Part shown: positions 1-11,102 of the stretch, piece by piece | How the letters are laid out: each line of letters begins with the position of its first letter | Position numbering within the stretch: the stretch's first letter is position 1 | NCBI RefSeq assembly: GCF_009834535.1 | Contig: NC_045696.1 | Coordinates: 4,094,001 to 4,158,000, forward strand | Source of the DNA: Camelus ferus | Lineage: Eukaryota | DNA: 64,000 nt | Direction: 5' to 3' | The notes under the pieces: model-generated | What the model saw: only the letters and a program-made list of their open reading frames with translations | The model's database searches: none | Told to the model about the DNA's origin: nothing | Program-made: the position numbers and the translations under genes

Positions 1-1077
1 GGGTGGGGGTAGGCAGGGGAGGGGGAGCAGGATGTGCACATCGGGGCCCAAGGGCGAGGTTTGTGGGGGCGCCTGGCAGGGAGGGATCAAGTTCCCAGGG
101 AAGCTGGAACTGCCCTGAGCTGCCTGGGGCTGGGCTCCGGTGGTCAAGCCCCTAGTACCTGCACACAGCAGGGCTGTCCTACGACCACTCCCAGCCTGGG
201 CACTTGTCCAGGGACCCCTGCCGGCCCCACGTCACTGCCGTGGCCTCCAGACTCTCTGCCCTGTGGCGTCTCTCCCCAGAACGCTGAACCCAGGGCAGAG
301 AGGAGGAGCCACTGTGCCCACTCTGAGTTCTCATCCATCAGGAGCCTGGCTGGTGGGGATCTCATGGGACGTCCCGGAGTAGAAGACCAGCTGTCTGTGG
401 TCAGAGGGAGCACAGGTCAGGGCCCCTGGCAGCGCGGCTGTTCCTGGGGCTGCGCAGGGTCTGGGCCGTCCCCCAGCACCCCCACACCCTCCTGTGTGCC
501 CAGGAGGCCAAACCCTGGCCCCTGTTTCTCGTTGGGTGTGGGGGATGGGCACTGCTGGCAGGAGATGGGAGTGAGGAAGGGAACCGGCTGGCGGAACCTC
601 GACCCTCTTCCCAGCTGCCACCTCTTTCTTCTTTTTTTTCCCCTTTATAATTATTTGATTACATCAGAAAGGCAAAACAGTTTTGAACTCTACACACAGT
701 TAATTTTTTTATAAAAGAAAACTTCGGGTCTTATCGCTCTGTGATCTAAACTTCTTCAGAAAGACTGTGTGTGAGAAACTCACAAATTAATGACATCAGA
801 CAAGAAATTCGCTTACAGAAACCACTAGAAGGAAACTAACACAGGCCCAGCGATGCCTACTGACACGAGGAGAGGACCCAGGTACTAAGGGCAGCTTGGG
901 ACACCCAGCCCGCCTCCCCGTCCACTGCAGACCCCGCCGTGCAGGGCCTGTGGGAGCCACCCTCCAGGGGGTCCTTCCCAGAGACCAGCCCGTGAAACCC
1001 CTGGTCCCAGGGATGCTTTGTGGCTTGCAGGCGGCCGGCCTCTGGCTGCAGAGCGAGGCTGGCCCAACGGTGCTTAC

Positions 1078-1271
1078 CAGCTGCCTCTGGGAAGGGCGAC
1101 CCCCGACAGCGCCTCCAGCACGGAGCTCTTGCCCGAGCTCTGGTCCCCGATGACGGCGATGGCGGGCAGGGCCAGGTCCTGCTCCACGCCCAGGGCCCGC
1201 AGGGAGTCGACGAGGTCGATGCAGGGCCGAACCCTCTCCTCGTACGGGCTGAACAGGCTGTTTTCGGGCCC
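1078..1271 (-). CDS. MX2: MX2 second coding exon (GTPase G1/P-loop); 194 nt, apparently 1 nt too long
   Basis: Minus strand translates [64 protein letters not shown], the Mx/dynamin G1 region. Acceptor ctcccccag|GGG, donor AGCTG|gtaagc. Confidence 0.93.
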
Positions 1272-1887
1272 CTGGGGGAGGCATGACAGACTTCACAGTC
1301 GTGGCCTCTGACAGGGCTCCCACCTGCCGTTGGGAATCTGTGGCCGAGCTGACGCAGCTACAGGTGATGGGTTACAGACAGGAGGGTGAGCGGTGGATGG
1401 AGACGTGCCCGGGGGAGGGCCCTGTGCTCTGTTCCTGTGGAGACTCGGCTTCTGCTGCTGCGGGCGGGAGTTTGGCTGGGGCTGGAGGAGGAGGTGCCCG
1501 ACTGAGAAGGGAGAAGTTGCCGAGAGGTGGTGCTCCCTGCCAGAGGGAGGAGAGTCGGGGGCCCCGGGACTGCCGAGCTGGGGTGGGCTGGGCTGGGCTG
1601 GCCATGGTGACAGTGGCAGTCATAGCCAGGGGAACACCTCCCAGGAAGGAAGACCCCCTCACGAGGAACGGAGCCCCCAGACCCATGACCGGGAAGGCCA
1701 TTGCTGCCCAGAGACTGTCCCTGGGGCTTGTTGGAAGTGCCCAGGAGAGAGCCGTGCTGCTTGGGGGGGGGGGACCACACGTGCAGACCTGGCTGCCCTG
1801 GAGGGGGCTCCCCCATGGCCGCTCTCTGGTCCTCCTCGGCCTGGTGGCCGGGAGTGCCCTTCCTGCCCGTCCCTCCACCCGACTTGC

Positions 1888-2137
1888 CTTTGTGCTCTGT
1901 TGGTCTCTGTTTCCTCCTGGCTGCTGCTCACTCAAAGGGATGGGCTTGAAATCCTTGGGGAAGAAAACAGGCTCCTTCCCCCCAAACTGCCAGTTTGGGG
2001 GAACTCATCATCTGTCCTGCTCCTGTGCCCGTTGGCAGTGGCTGCTGCAGGAAGGAAGCCATTTCTTTTTTGGGATGGTGTCGGGGAGAACTGGAACTGT
2101 GCGTCTGGCGCTGCCGGGACCTGTAGGGCATGGGCAT
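1888..2137 (-). CDS. MX2: MX2 first coding exon (MX2-type N-terminal extension), with an internal +1 frameshift
   Basis: ATG at 2137 gives MPMPYRSRQRQTHSSSSPRHHPKKEMASFLQQPLPTGTGAGQMMS. The homologous continuation PNWQFGGKEPVFFPKDFKPIPLSEQQPGGNRDQQSTK is in another frame. Exon acceptor tgtgtttgcag|AGTTTG at 2191, donor AAG|gcaagt at 1888, 616-nt intron to the G1 exon. Confidence 0.88.
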
Positions 2138-2904
2138 CCACTGTCGTCCCGTCAAGCTGCTGCTCAGCACCTCCAATCTTCTTGGCAAACTCTGCAAACA
2201 CACAAGATGAGAATGTGTCCCCAACGTCCCCAAGCGGACCTCCCGGTGCTTCATCCTTCCAGGCCTGCCCGCCCAGCCCAACACAGCACGCCCTCCCGAA
2301 CATGGACTCAGGGCAGACCAGTTGCCCAGCACAGCCCCGACCGCAGGAGGGGCTGGCTCAAACAGGCTCAGAGCACAAGAGGGGTCCCTGCCGGCCCCCT
2401 GCGGACAAGGGGCCTCCACGATTCCATGGGGAAGTCTGAATGTTTCTCTGTGACTTCTGGTGAGCCAGTGTCACCTGAGGTTCAGGATGGGACAGGAGAC
2501 TGTGGGCATGGAGAGACGACAGGTAGGCTCTCCCGGGTCCCTTGGGTGCCAGCCCCTGCCCTGCCACCACCCAGGCTGCCCGCCAGACCAGCTCAGGCTG
2601 CTGGGGCGTCTGGGGGAAGCGGTTGCTGGAGTCTCTTGCTTCCCCACGGGGCTGTCATCAGAGAGCCAGCCTGTGAGAAGTCGCTGGCGGCACCGAGTGC
2701 CGGCCTCGCCCGGCGCCCCTCTGAGATGCTCATCTCAGCTTCACAATAACCGGGTGTGCTTGCCCCTAATCTGCATTTTCCAGGTCAAGGAGCAGAAGTG
2801 GGGGGTCCGGTTCCTGGCCTGAGTCAGGACTCAGCCAAGCTGGTGACTCTGGGTCCTGAGCCCTTGCCCGCTACTGCCCACCCCACCACCCCATGGAGCA
2901 GAGC

Positions 2905-3350
2905 GGATGTGGGAGATGAATGGTGTCCGCCGTCCTCCTAATGCCCGTCCACCTGGGATAGTGCATGTGACCTTATTTGGGAAAAGGGTATTTGCACATG
3001 TATTTGCACAAAGAGGGTCTGGAGATGCGAGTAGGCCTGAAATGCAAGAAGAGACGGTGGGGGTGGAGAGGGATTTGAGACACAGAGACCCACAACGAGA
3101 GGGCGACGTGAAGACGGAGGCAGAGATGGAAGGATGCTGCCTCAGCCAGGAAACCCGGGGGCGCAGGAGCCCCAGCGCCGGGAGCCAGGCCTGGAGCAGA
3201 TTCTCCCTCAGGGCCTCTAGGAGGAACTAACTTTGCCAGCGTCTTGGACATCTCGGAGCATCTGGCTTCCAGACCCGTGAGAGAATAAAGTCTTGTTTCA
3301 GCGTCCAAGTTTGGAGAGTTTGTTATGCCAGCCCCGGGGCACTAACCAGT
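2905..3350 (+). mobile_element. MaLR LTR (MLT1-like)
   Basis: Typical MLT1 motifs gtgaccttatttgggaaaagggtatttgca ... gagagaataaa ... tttgttatgccagcccc. Confidence 0.7.
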
Positions 3351-3764
3351 TGGGGGACTGGCGTGTGGAGGCGGCCCCTCCCCAGTAGCTGCACTCTGGG
3401 GGGTCCACTGCGGCCCAATGTCCAGCTGCGGCCCCTCAGCCCTCCGTCCCCGTCCCACGACCGTGGCCTCTCTCCACCTAGTAGGCCTCTTTTCCTTCTA
3501 AACCCTGGGTCTCAGCATGACTGAACCCTTTCTAGAAACCTCTGAGACCTTTCTTTCAGGACAAAGTTCTTAAAAAGATGTGGTCCCAATCTCCTTTTCC
3601 ATATTTGATTGAATCCCTTCTCTGAATGCTGCGCCCAGCATTCTGCCTTTCCTCAGACTGGACAAGCATGTTCACAACTTCGTGTGTGCCACTGGCTTTT
3701 GTGGAAAATGGGAGTGGCTCATTCATTCATTCATTCATTCATTCCACAAAGATGTCTGGAGGAC

Positions 3765-4128
3765 TGTTGAGGGCTGAATTGTGTCCCCGAGTTCATATGC
3801 TGGAGTCCGAACCCCTGCGACCTCCAGTGTGACTGTGTTGGAGATTTGGCCTTTAAAGAGGTGAATAAGGTAAAACGAGGTCGCTTGGGTCGGCCCTAAG
3901 CCAACCTGACTGACGTCTTTATGAAGAGAGTGAAGACACAAAGGAAAGACCTGTGAGGACACAGGGAGGAGACGGCCGTCTACACGCCGAGGAGAGAGAG
4001 CTCAGAGCAGCCTAGCCTGCTGGCACCTTGGCCTTGGACTCTGGCCCGCAGACTGTGAGAAGATAAATTTCTGTTGTCTAAGCTGCCCCCTGGTGGTGCT
4101 TTGTTAGGGCAACCTGAGCAAACCCAAA
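3765..4128 (+). mobile_element. MaLR LTR (MLT1A/B-like)
   Basis: gggctgaattgtgtcccc ... gactgtgagaagataaatttctgttgtctaagc ... gcaaacccaaaca. Confidence 0.75.
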
Positions 4129-7100
4129 CAAGGACCTGGTACGTGCAGGCTCCTCCTGCCAGGCGGGTGTGCTGGTGACCAAGCCAGATAAAGCCCCTGC
4201 TTCAGGTCCGGACATTCTGTCCCGGAGACCCCCAAACAAATAATCTAACCCCAGGTGCTGAGGGAGGGTCTGGAAGAAAGGGGGTGGGTCATGGTTCCTG
4301 GGTCCGGTGTTATTTCCCCTGAACCCGTGTTTGAGGCGTGCCTGTGAACAGGAGCTGAGTGGCAGAGGAGCACATACTTGAGGACGTGGGGAGGAGCCTT
4401 CCTGGCGGAGGAAATGCAAGTGCAAAGGTCCTGAGCTCAGGGAGCTGGGCGGAGCACCCCCTTCCCCCAGGGGCTGGGAAGGCCTAGCCCAGGGGCAGCT
4501 CCCTTCTTAGGGGCAGCTCTGGCAATGCCTGGCGTTGCTTGGGTTTGGGCTGGAAGGAGGCAGGAGAGGCCTTCCACCTGCCCTCTTCCACGTGGTCAGC
4601 CCCACGGCCCGGAGACCCTAAGTGAAGGGGCGGTGCCAGTTCAGCCCTGCTGCCGGGGGAGCCCTGCCAAGGGCTGCTGTGCGGAAGGAGTGCCTTTACC
4701 TCTGTGTTCACATCCTGAGCCAGTACCTCCATCTCCCTCCGTCCCCAGACTTCTGGGTAAAATTACTCATTTTATGAAACACCTAGCCCTTCAGCCAGTG
4801 TCATGAGGAAATATGAAAGAAAAATTCTCCACTTTTTTTAAATGAATAAAATTGCATTCAAGAACATGTCTAGTGATTTATTTCATCCCCTGAATATAAG
4901 GAAATTATATTCAGATTCTATTAACCTCCTGAATGTAAACACAGGGGAGAGAACTCTGCAGAGGGCCAGGCTGGAGGAGGCTGCTCTCCTGGGGAACCGG
5001 GCGCTCCCATTGGCTAAAGACTGAAAGAGACTGTCCGTCCCTTGCACCCTCGGCCTTGGCAGCGAGAAGGCCCAGGACAGACTGCAGGCAGGGGGTCACA
5101 GCTGCCTCTGGCATCGCTCTGCTCCTTGACACTCATGCCCGGAGCCTCAGCAAAGTTTATTCTGGTTTTATGGTTTGACTGTGGCACTGTTTACAACAGC
5201 TTAGAGCAGGGCGTGCAGGAGCTTTCTTGGGACATCTGTAGTGCTCGGCCTTTTCCGGGGGACGGGGTGGGAGCTGGAGGGTCCGGTGGGTGGGGCAGGG
5301 ACGTATGGGGAGAGGTCGCAGCTGAAGAGGTGGGGGTTCCACAGAGAGGCCTGTGGGGGGTGCCGTGTGGACGAACATCCACACCGGGGCTGCCGAGCGG
5401 CAGGCTGGGGCAGCTGGATCGCAGCAAGTGAGGAACCCAGAACTGTCCTTGATATGGTAAAGATAGAGGCTGCAGGAGAAGACACCACTTGCCAGGGAGG
5501 ACACACACGGGCCGGAGAGAGATGGCTGGTCCCCCACGAGTGTCTCTGAGGTCGCTCATGGAGAGGGGGTTTCTTTCCTTCCTTCCCTCTCACCCAAAGC
5601 TTCTACATCTGAGAGGGGCCCGGCCTGCCCCACTCCCTACCTAGATCCGAGCAGGGGCAACGGGCTGCAGTCCACGTACAAGAGGCTGAGCCAGCAGCCC
5701 AGAGGAGGAAGCAGCCCGGGTGGGCAAGGGGCGACCCGGCAGAGAGGACCACACAGGAAGTGGGAGGAGGAGACGGGAGGAGGGCTCCCTGCTGCTGCTG
5801 GACGGAGGGACAGCAAAGGGGGAGGAGAGAATCATTCTGCCTCATCCCTGGGCCTCAGGCAGCAACCTCCGTCACTTACAAGGAAGTGTCTCTGGACGGA
5901 CCTGTGCTGACCTCTGTCCCGGCAAAGGACGGTTTACTGTGCAAGGCTGTAGTCAGACACAGCCAGAGGGGAGAGACACAGGGCAGAGCTGGGGGCACGG
6001 CTGGACCCGACGACCAGGCACAGAACCCAGAGCTGTCCGCCTGCCAGGGCCCCATGCACACATCACAGTCTCGGCAGCGCAGCCTGAGCTCAGCTCCCGC
6101 CTCCCCTCAAACTGGACCCTCCGCTTGTTTCTGTCCACTGTCCAGTCCACCCTAGAGTAGCCAGGGGAGTGACGTCACCCCACAGGGACAGCCGTGCCGC
6201 GGGCCTACAGGGACAGTGCCCCCTCTGCTGAAGAGACCCCAACATTGTGCTGAGATTCCTCACATCACAGATAAGCCCCTGAGTGACCCACAGGTGGAAA
6301 AAGGGAATTAGCCGAGACTATAAAGCTAAGTTCCCAAACTGGGTGCCCTGGGGAACCTCAGCAACCTCGCAGGTGCACTATGGGGTCGTCCGAATTTCCC
6401 AGGATGCACAGAGATGTCGGTTGGCCGCCACGCAACCTGCTGTTTTTGAGTTCTTTGGACGTAACTCATTAATCACAGAACTCTTTGGTGTGTCTTTTGG
6501 CCGGAGCACCATGAATGAAGTACCGGGACCCTCAGGGCAGCCGGGATGGAGGACATGCGGGGACACCTGCCATGAGAGCAAAGGGGAAGCGGGGAGACTG
6601 TGACGTAGCAGGAGGATGGGTGTGAGCTAAGAGCCAGACCCAGGCTGAGGAGGGAGCGGGGACGGGAGTGGGAATGGGAGTGGGGACAGGTGGATGGACA
6701 GCCTGGGACAGGCAGGCTGGGACAGACAGGGCGGGGAAAGAGGCCAGGGGGATGTACAGGAGGGACGCCAGGGCTCGGCGGACACGCCCACCTCTCCTAG
6801 GTGCTCTGCCTGGGCCCCGTGGAGCACTGTGTGCTCTCTGATCTCGTGGGCATTGTCCCTGCTTCCATGTACCATGGGAAGGGAACTTCGAGTTGAGCAA
6901 CGGAGATGCCGTCCCGCGGCTAGAAGTCTGAGGACCCAGCTGGGACCGAGCAGAGCCCCGCAGGGCCCCCCAAGTGCAAAGGCCCTCCGTGTCCCCTGCC
7001 TCTCGTCTGCAGAAAAGCTGGAGCCTTCCAGATTCGCAGCGTCGTAAAAGAGCAGGCTGGAGCAATTAATGACGAGGACAGCAGACTCACAGGCTCAGGG

Positions 7101-9203
7101 TCTGACGCATATTCCCGAGACGTCGCACAGACACCAGGACTGCCGGCGGGGGCCCAAGCTCCCTGCGTGGGGCCCAGGCGGCAGCCGCCACGCAAGCCCC
7201 CCACCTCGAGCCGGCCGACCCGATGGCCAGCACAGCTCCAAGGCCTGGCTCTCCGAGCGCGGGATCAACACTATGGCTCATGAGAATCTGCACCTTTGTG
7301 GGCCTCAGAGTAGCGGTAGCTGGCTCTCCCTGCACACGCACGTGGGCAAGTGTGCTGTCCGCAGAAAGGTGCTCAGACCCATTTCATTGTCTTCCGCCTG
7401 AGGACAGGGCGCCCTCTGTCGGCATGAAGAGGTCACAGAGACTCGCCTTCTCTCCTAACTCCATAGAGGAGGGATGATGTTGAAGGCGGGGTCTGCAAGC
7501 AGCCCCTTCCTGTTTGTCCCTTTCTGCCCCCTCTCACCCTGAAAGGGCCTAATTAGAGGAAGGAGGTCGCTGGGCAACATGGAAACCGGCACAGGACCTG
7601 CGCGCTCCTGACTGCACGCGGCGTCTTGCCTCGCATGGGGGTTTATTCCTACGTGAAACCAAGTAAGGGTGGAGAAGGGAGCAGTTAAAGAACCACTAGC
7701 TCTCTACCCCCCGCAGCCCCTTCGCAGTCCTGTGGGCAGACCGCGGGCCGGGTAGCACCTGGAGAGCGGGGCAGCCAGTCCGCACACCGTGGAGAAGATG
7801 CGGACCCCAGCCTCCTGCCTCCACGCTTCACTGAGATCCCCCCCCCCCCCGCCCCCGTTTTCCCTCTAAAAACCGTCCTGGCTGAGCAGAATCTTCGGAG
7901 ATGGCTTCTGGGCCTGAGTCATTGCCAGCCTTTCTGATGAAAGCACCTTTCCTCTCTACTGACACCTGCCTCTTGATTATTGGCTTTTGAGTGGTGAGCA
8001 GAGGAGCCTGAGTTTGGTAACACAGTGAATAATGTGTTAGTTTGATAAAGAGGAAACAGGACGGCTGGTCAGATTTTGAAATCTCAAGGCAAAGTTCTCC
8101 CATCAGTGATGGGTGGAGCTCAGAAATGCAGTCTTGGAAACCAGCCCCTCCCCCGTGGCTCTCTTCCCATGGGCTGTTTTTGCTTTTGTGTTTCCGGCTT
8201 TCCACAGGCTTCAGTAAAGCCCCAGAAGGGTCACAGGGCTGAGGGGCTTGAATCCCACGCCCTGCGACCAGCTCCTGGCCCCCGGGCCTGGCCTCCTGGC
8301 CCCGGGTTCTGCAGAGACGTCCCATGGCTGAGCAGGCACATGCCCGCATCTGGGGGAGTCCTGCGAGTCATTTAAAACTTCTCCTCTGACCTGGCATCTC
8401 GTGCGGAATCTGTGTGATCTCCCACTCAGACCTGTGGGGATGTTTCCTCTCCCTCCATGCTAAATAGGAAATTAATTTCTCCTAAAAGCACAATAAAAGT
8501 CTGGTTCACTGAGATTCCATACAGTGTCCAGGAAAGAGAAAGAAAGATGTCATTACTCTTAGATTCAAGTCTAAACCTTCCCTCTGCCTTGGCTCAGCCC
8601 CTGGTTCTGTGTGAATGTCAGGGGAGATACACAGAAGTCTGATTTTCTTGCAAAATCTGCCAGAATGGGTCATGGGTCACAGCTGACCACGTGGCCTGGA
8701 GTATTTCTTCCTGCTATCGGCATGACTTCCGCATCCTGAGGTATTTTCCCCAAATAGTGCCAAGGATGGCCTGCAATGACCAAAAGCTGGAAGAGGCAGA
8801 GACAGATTCTACGCAGGGTCTCAGGAGGAACCAACCCTGCCTTCATCTCAGACTTCCAGCCCCCAGACCTGGGAGAGAGAACATTTCGGTTGACTGAGCC
8901 CTCTGGCCTGGGGTGCTTTGCCGGACAGCCCTGGACCCTGACACATCATGGTTCATACCTAATCTGTGTCCCCGAGTGCCTTTCTGTGCTGGGAAGCCTT
9001 GGCATCGGTATCTGTCTCCGAGTAAAACTCTGAAGGCACAGTTGTGTACCAGTGCCCGTGACAGCAGGGATCGGCAAACGCTGGAAACCAGCCGCCCTGT
9101 TCCCTCAGGGAGCCGGAGTCCAGCACGCCTCGGGGGGGCCACCAGTGCCACAAGCGAGAGGGCTCCTGAAGCCCCGAGACCGGGCCTTGCAGTCTCCAGT
9201 GCT

Positions 9204-10137
9204 GACACAGATTCCGGGGTGATTTTCCCACATCACCAAGCGGTGAGCTCAGCTCTGATACCGTCTAGCAGGAGGTGGCGTCAGAGGCCACAGGGCCCCC
9301 TGATGGGGCTCAGCCCTGCTTGCCTGCTCCCCTCCCAACCTGCCCACTTCACATGCTAAATCTCCAGCACGTCCAGGTTGTCACCTGTGCTTCTGACCCA
9401 CTGGCTACAGATCCATCAGAGGTTCCAGCGACCCCCTCCTTGTGTTCAATAAATTGCTAGAGCGGCTCATAGAGAAACACTTTACTCACTAGACTGTGGG
9501 CTTATCATAAAAGGATGTAAGTCAGGAACAGCCCGATGGAAGCTGCAGAGGGCAGGTGTGGGAGGGGCGCGGAGCTTCCACGCCCTCTGCAAAAGCCACC
9601 TCCCTGAATCTCTAGTCTCACCAGAAGCTCCCCAAGCCCGGTCTTTTGGGGTTTTAAGGAGGCTTCATTACACAGACGTGGTGGGTTAAATCACTGGCCA
9701 GCAGTGACTGAACTCAGTCTCCTGCTCCCCTCCCCTCTCTGGAGGTCGGGGGTGGGACTGAAAGTGCCGGCCCCCGTCACGTGATTGCTTCTCCAGGCAA
9801 CCAGCCCCATTGCAGAAGCACAGCACACAGCCTGGCGTCCCCTCATTAAGGTCACAGGAGACGTGCTCTCCTCACTTACAGTTTCCAAGGTTCTTAGGAG
9901 CTCTGTGTCCGAAACTGACAGACTGGATAACGCATTTCTTCTCCCTACATTTGTCTACATTGTGAAGTAATCAGCACAGTAAGTTAACTCGTGTCCTCAT
10001 ACTTACATTTTTGTCTTGTGATGAGGACTTTTAAGGTCTGTGCTCCCAGCAGCTCAATAACTAATTATTAACTGCAGGAATGTAACAGCGCAGTGACCAT
10101 AGTTAATATATTTCTTACTGTAAATCACAGTGTCACA
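9204..10137. mobile_element. MER21-like ERV LTR
   Basis: MER21-like motifs (aaattgctagagcggctca, ggaggcttcattacacag, tcacagtgtcaca). A related copy lies at 47.9-48.7 kb in the opposite orientation. Confidence 0.6.
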
Positions 10138-10467
10138 GAGCACAGAGCTCCTTTCCCTGCCCCCCCCCCCCAAGATGTGCACCTTCCATGGAAGCCCCCG
10201 AAGCCACTTTGCGGTGGAAAGGTCTTTGTCTAGATGTGGAAGGCGCCCCCTGGTGCTCCCAGTCCGTCCACTTCCTTTCTAGAAAGTGCCCTCAGCCTGC
10301 AGGGCCGTCTGGGGCCAGCGCCAGCACAAGCATCTTCAGACACTTCTCTGTGTGTCTCCAGCCTCCCGGCATGAGCCGAGTTCACCAGGAATGGCTCTTA
10401 ACAGAAAGGCAGGTCTGCTGCATAAGGTATCATTAAGCAGCCCTCCCTGCAGGGCCCCAGCTCTTAC

Positions 10468-10500
10468 CTGTGCGCCTTCAGAAGGGAGCCGGCACCTCGT
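10468..10500 (-). other. MX2: MX2 non-coding exon 1 (5' end approximate)
   Basis: Short segment ...GGCTCCCTTCTGAAGGCGCACAG|gtaagag with a strong donor, about 30 nt downstream of a TATA box and about 80 nt from an ISRE. It resembles the recalled short human MX2 exon 1. Confidence 0.7.
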
Positions 10501-10521
10501 CTCTCCCTTCCTCTGCTTCCC

Positions 10522-10530
10522 TTTTATATA
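10522..10530 (-). promoter_or_regulatory. TATA box of MX2 promoter
   Basis: Minus strand TATATAAAA between the ISRE and the exon-1 donor. Confidence 0.7.
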
Positions 10531-10571
10531 AACCACTCTCCCCACGATGCCCCCCCTTTTCAGCAGGGAGG

Positions 10572-10588
10572 GAAAGGAAACTGAAAGT
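10572..10588. promoter_or_regulatory. Tandem ISRE/IRF element of MX2 promoter
   Basis: GAAAGGAAACTGAAAGT: three GAAA cores, containing both GAAANGAAACT (Mx-type ISRE) and GAAANNGAAA (IRF-E). Confidence 0.8.
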
Positions 10589-11102
10589 GAGTAGGACTCT
10601 GTGGCTGACCCCGGCCACCAGTCCCTCCCCGACCACCCAGCCTCTTGTTTACAGAGAAGCTGGCCTCCCAGGCTCCCAGTCACAGAAGGGCAGCTCCTGC
10701 AGTGGATGAGGACAAGCTTGCGGGCACCGGGTATGGCAACCACTCTGACCATCTATCTCAAGGATTAACTGGTATCACTGCCCCATTTCCCTTTAAAACT
10801 TCCATGGCTGAACAGAATCTCTGAAGATGGTTTGGGGGGGGGGGATTATGGGTCCACCAGATTGTAGGCATTCTGGTTAAAAACAACTTTCTTTTTTGTT
10901 ACCAAGGCTGTTGTCCCAGGATCCTACCCCTGCCCCTCCCTCAACTAAAAACCAACTCCTCTTATCTAATTCTCCAGAGGCAGCTGCAGAGAAGAAGCAA
11001 GAGCTGGTTAGGATGAACAAAGTCCGAGATGCGGGCGGATGTCCCTTCCAGGGGAACTTGAGCCTAGTTATGTGCTCATTATAAAGTTATTAGGTGCTGA
11101 GA

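Larger units (their letters stand above)
1078..10500 (-). pseudogene. MX2: 5' portion of MX2 locus, putatively inactivated (two frameshifts, premature TGA at 1928-1930)
   Basis: Exon structure and position next to FAM3B identify MX2. The reading frame is broken in both visible coding exons. The gene continues beyond position 1. Confidence 0.6.

Noticed and set aside
34..714. 226-aa ORF and similar 60-290 aa ORFs throughout the window
   Set aside because: Expected by chance in GC-rich mammalian intronic DNA. No recognisable homology or splice-consistent structure.
1078..1271. Assignment of the Mx exons to MX1
   Set aside because: The ~83-codon N-terminal exon with KKEM..FLQQP..PNWQ similarity and the position directly after FAM3B fit MX2.
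1283..2749. 488-aa plus-strand ORF
   Set aside because: Antisense to the MX2 exon and introns in GC-rich DNA, with low-complexity composition and no recognisable domain.
6170..6177. Palindromic CRE TGACGTCA (also at 38432-38439)
   Set aside because: Isolated intronic 8-mers at a frequency compatible with chance, with no supporting context.
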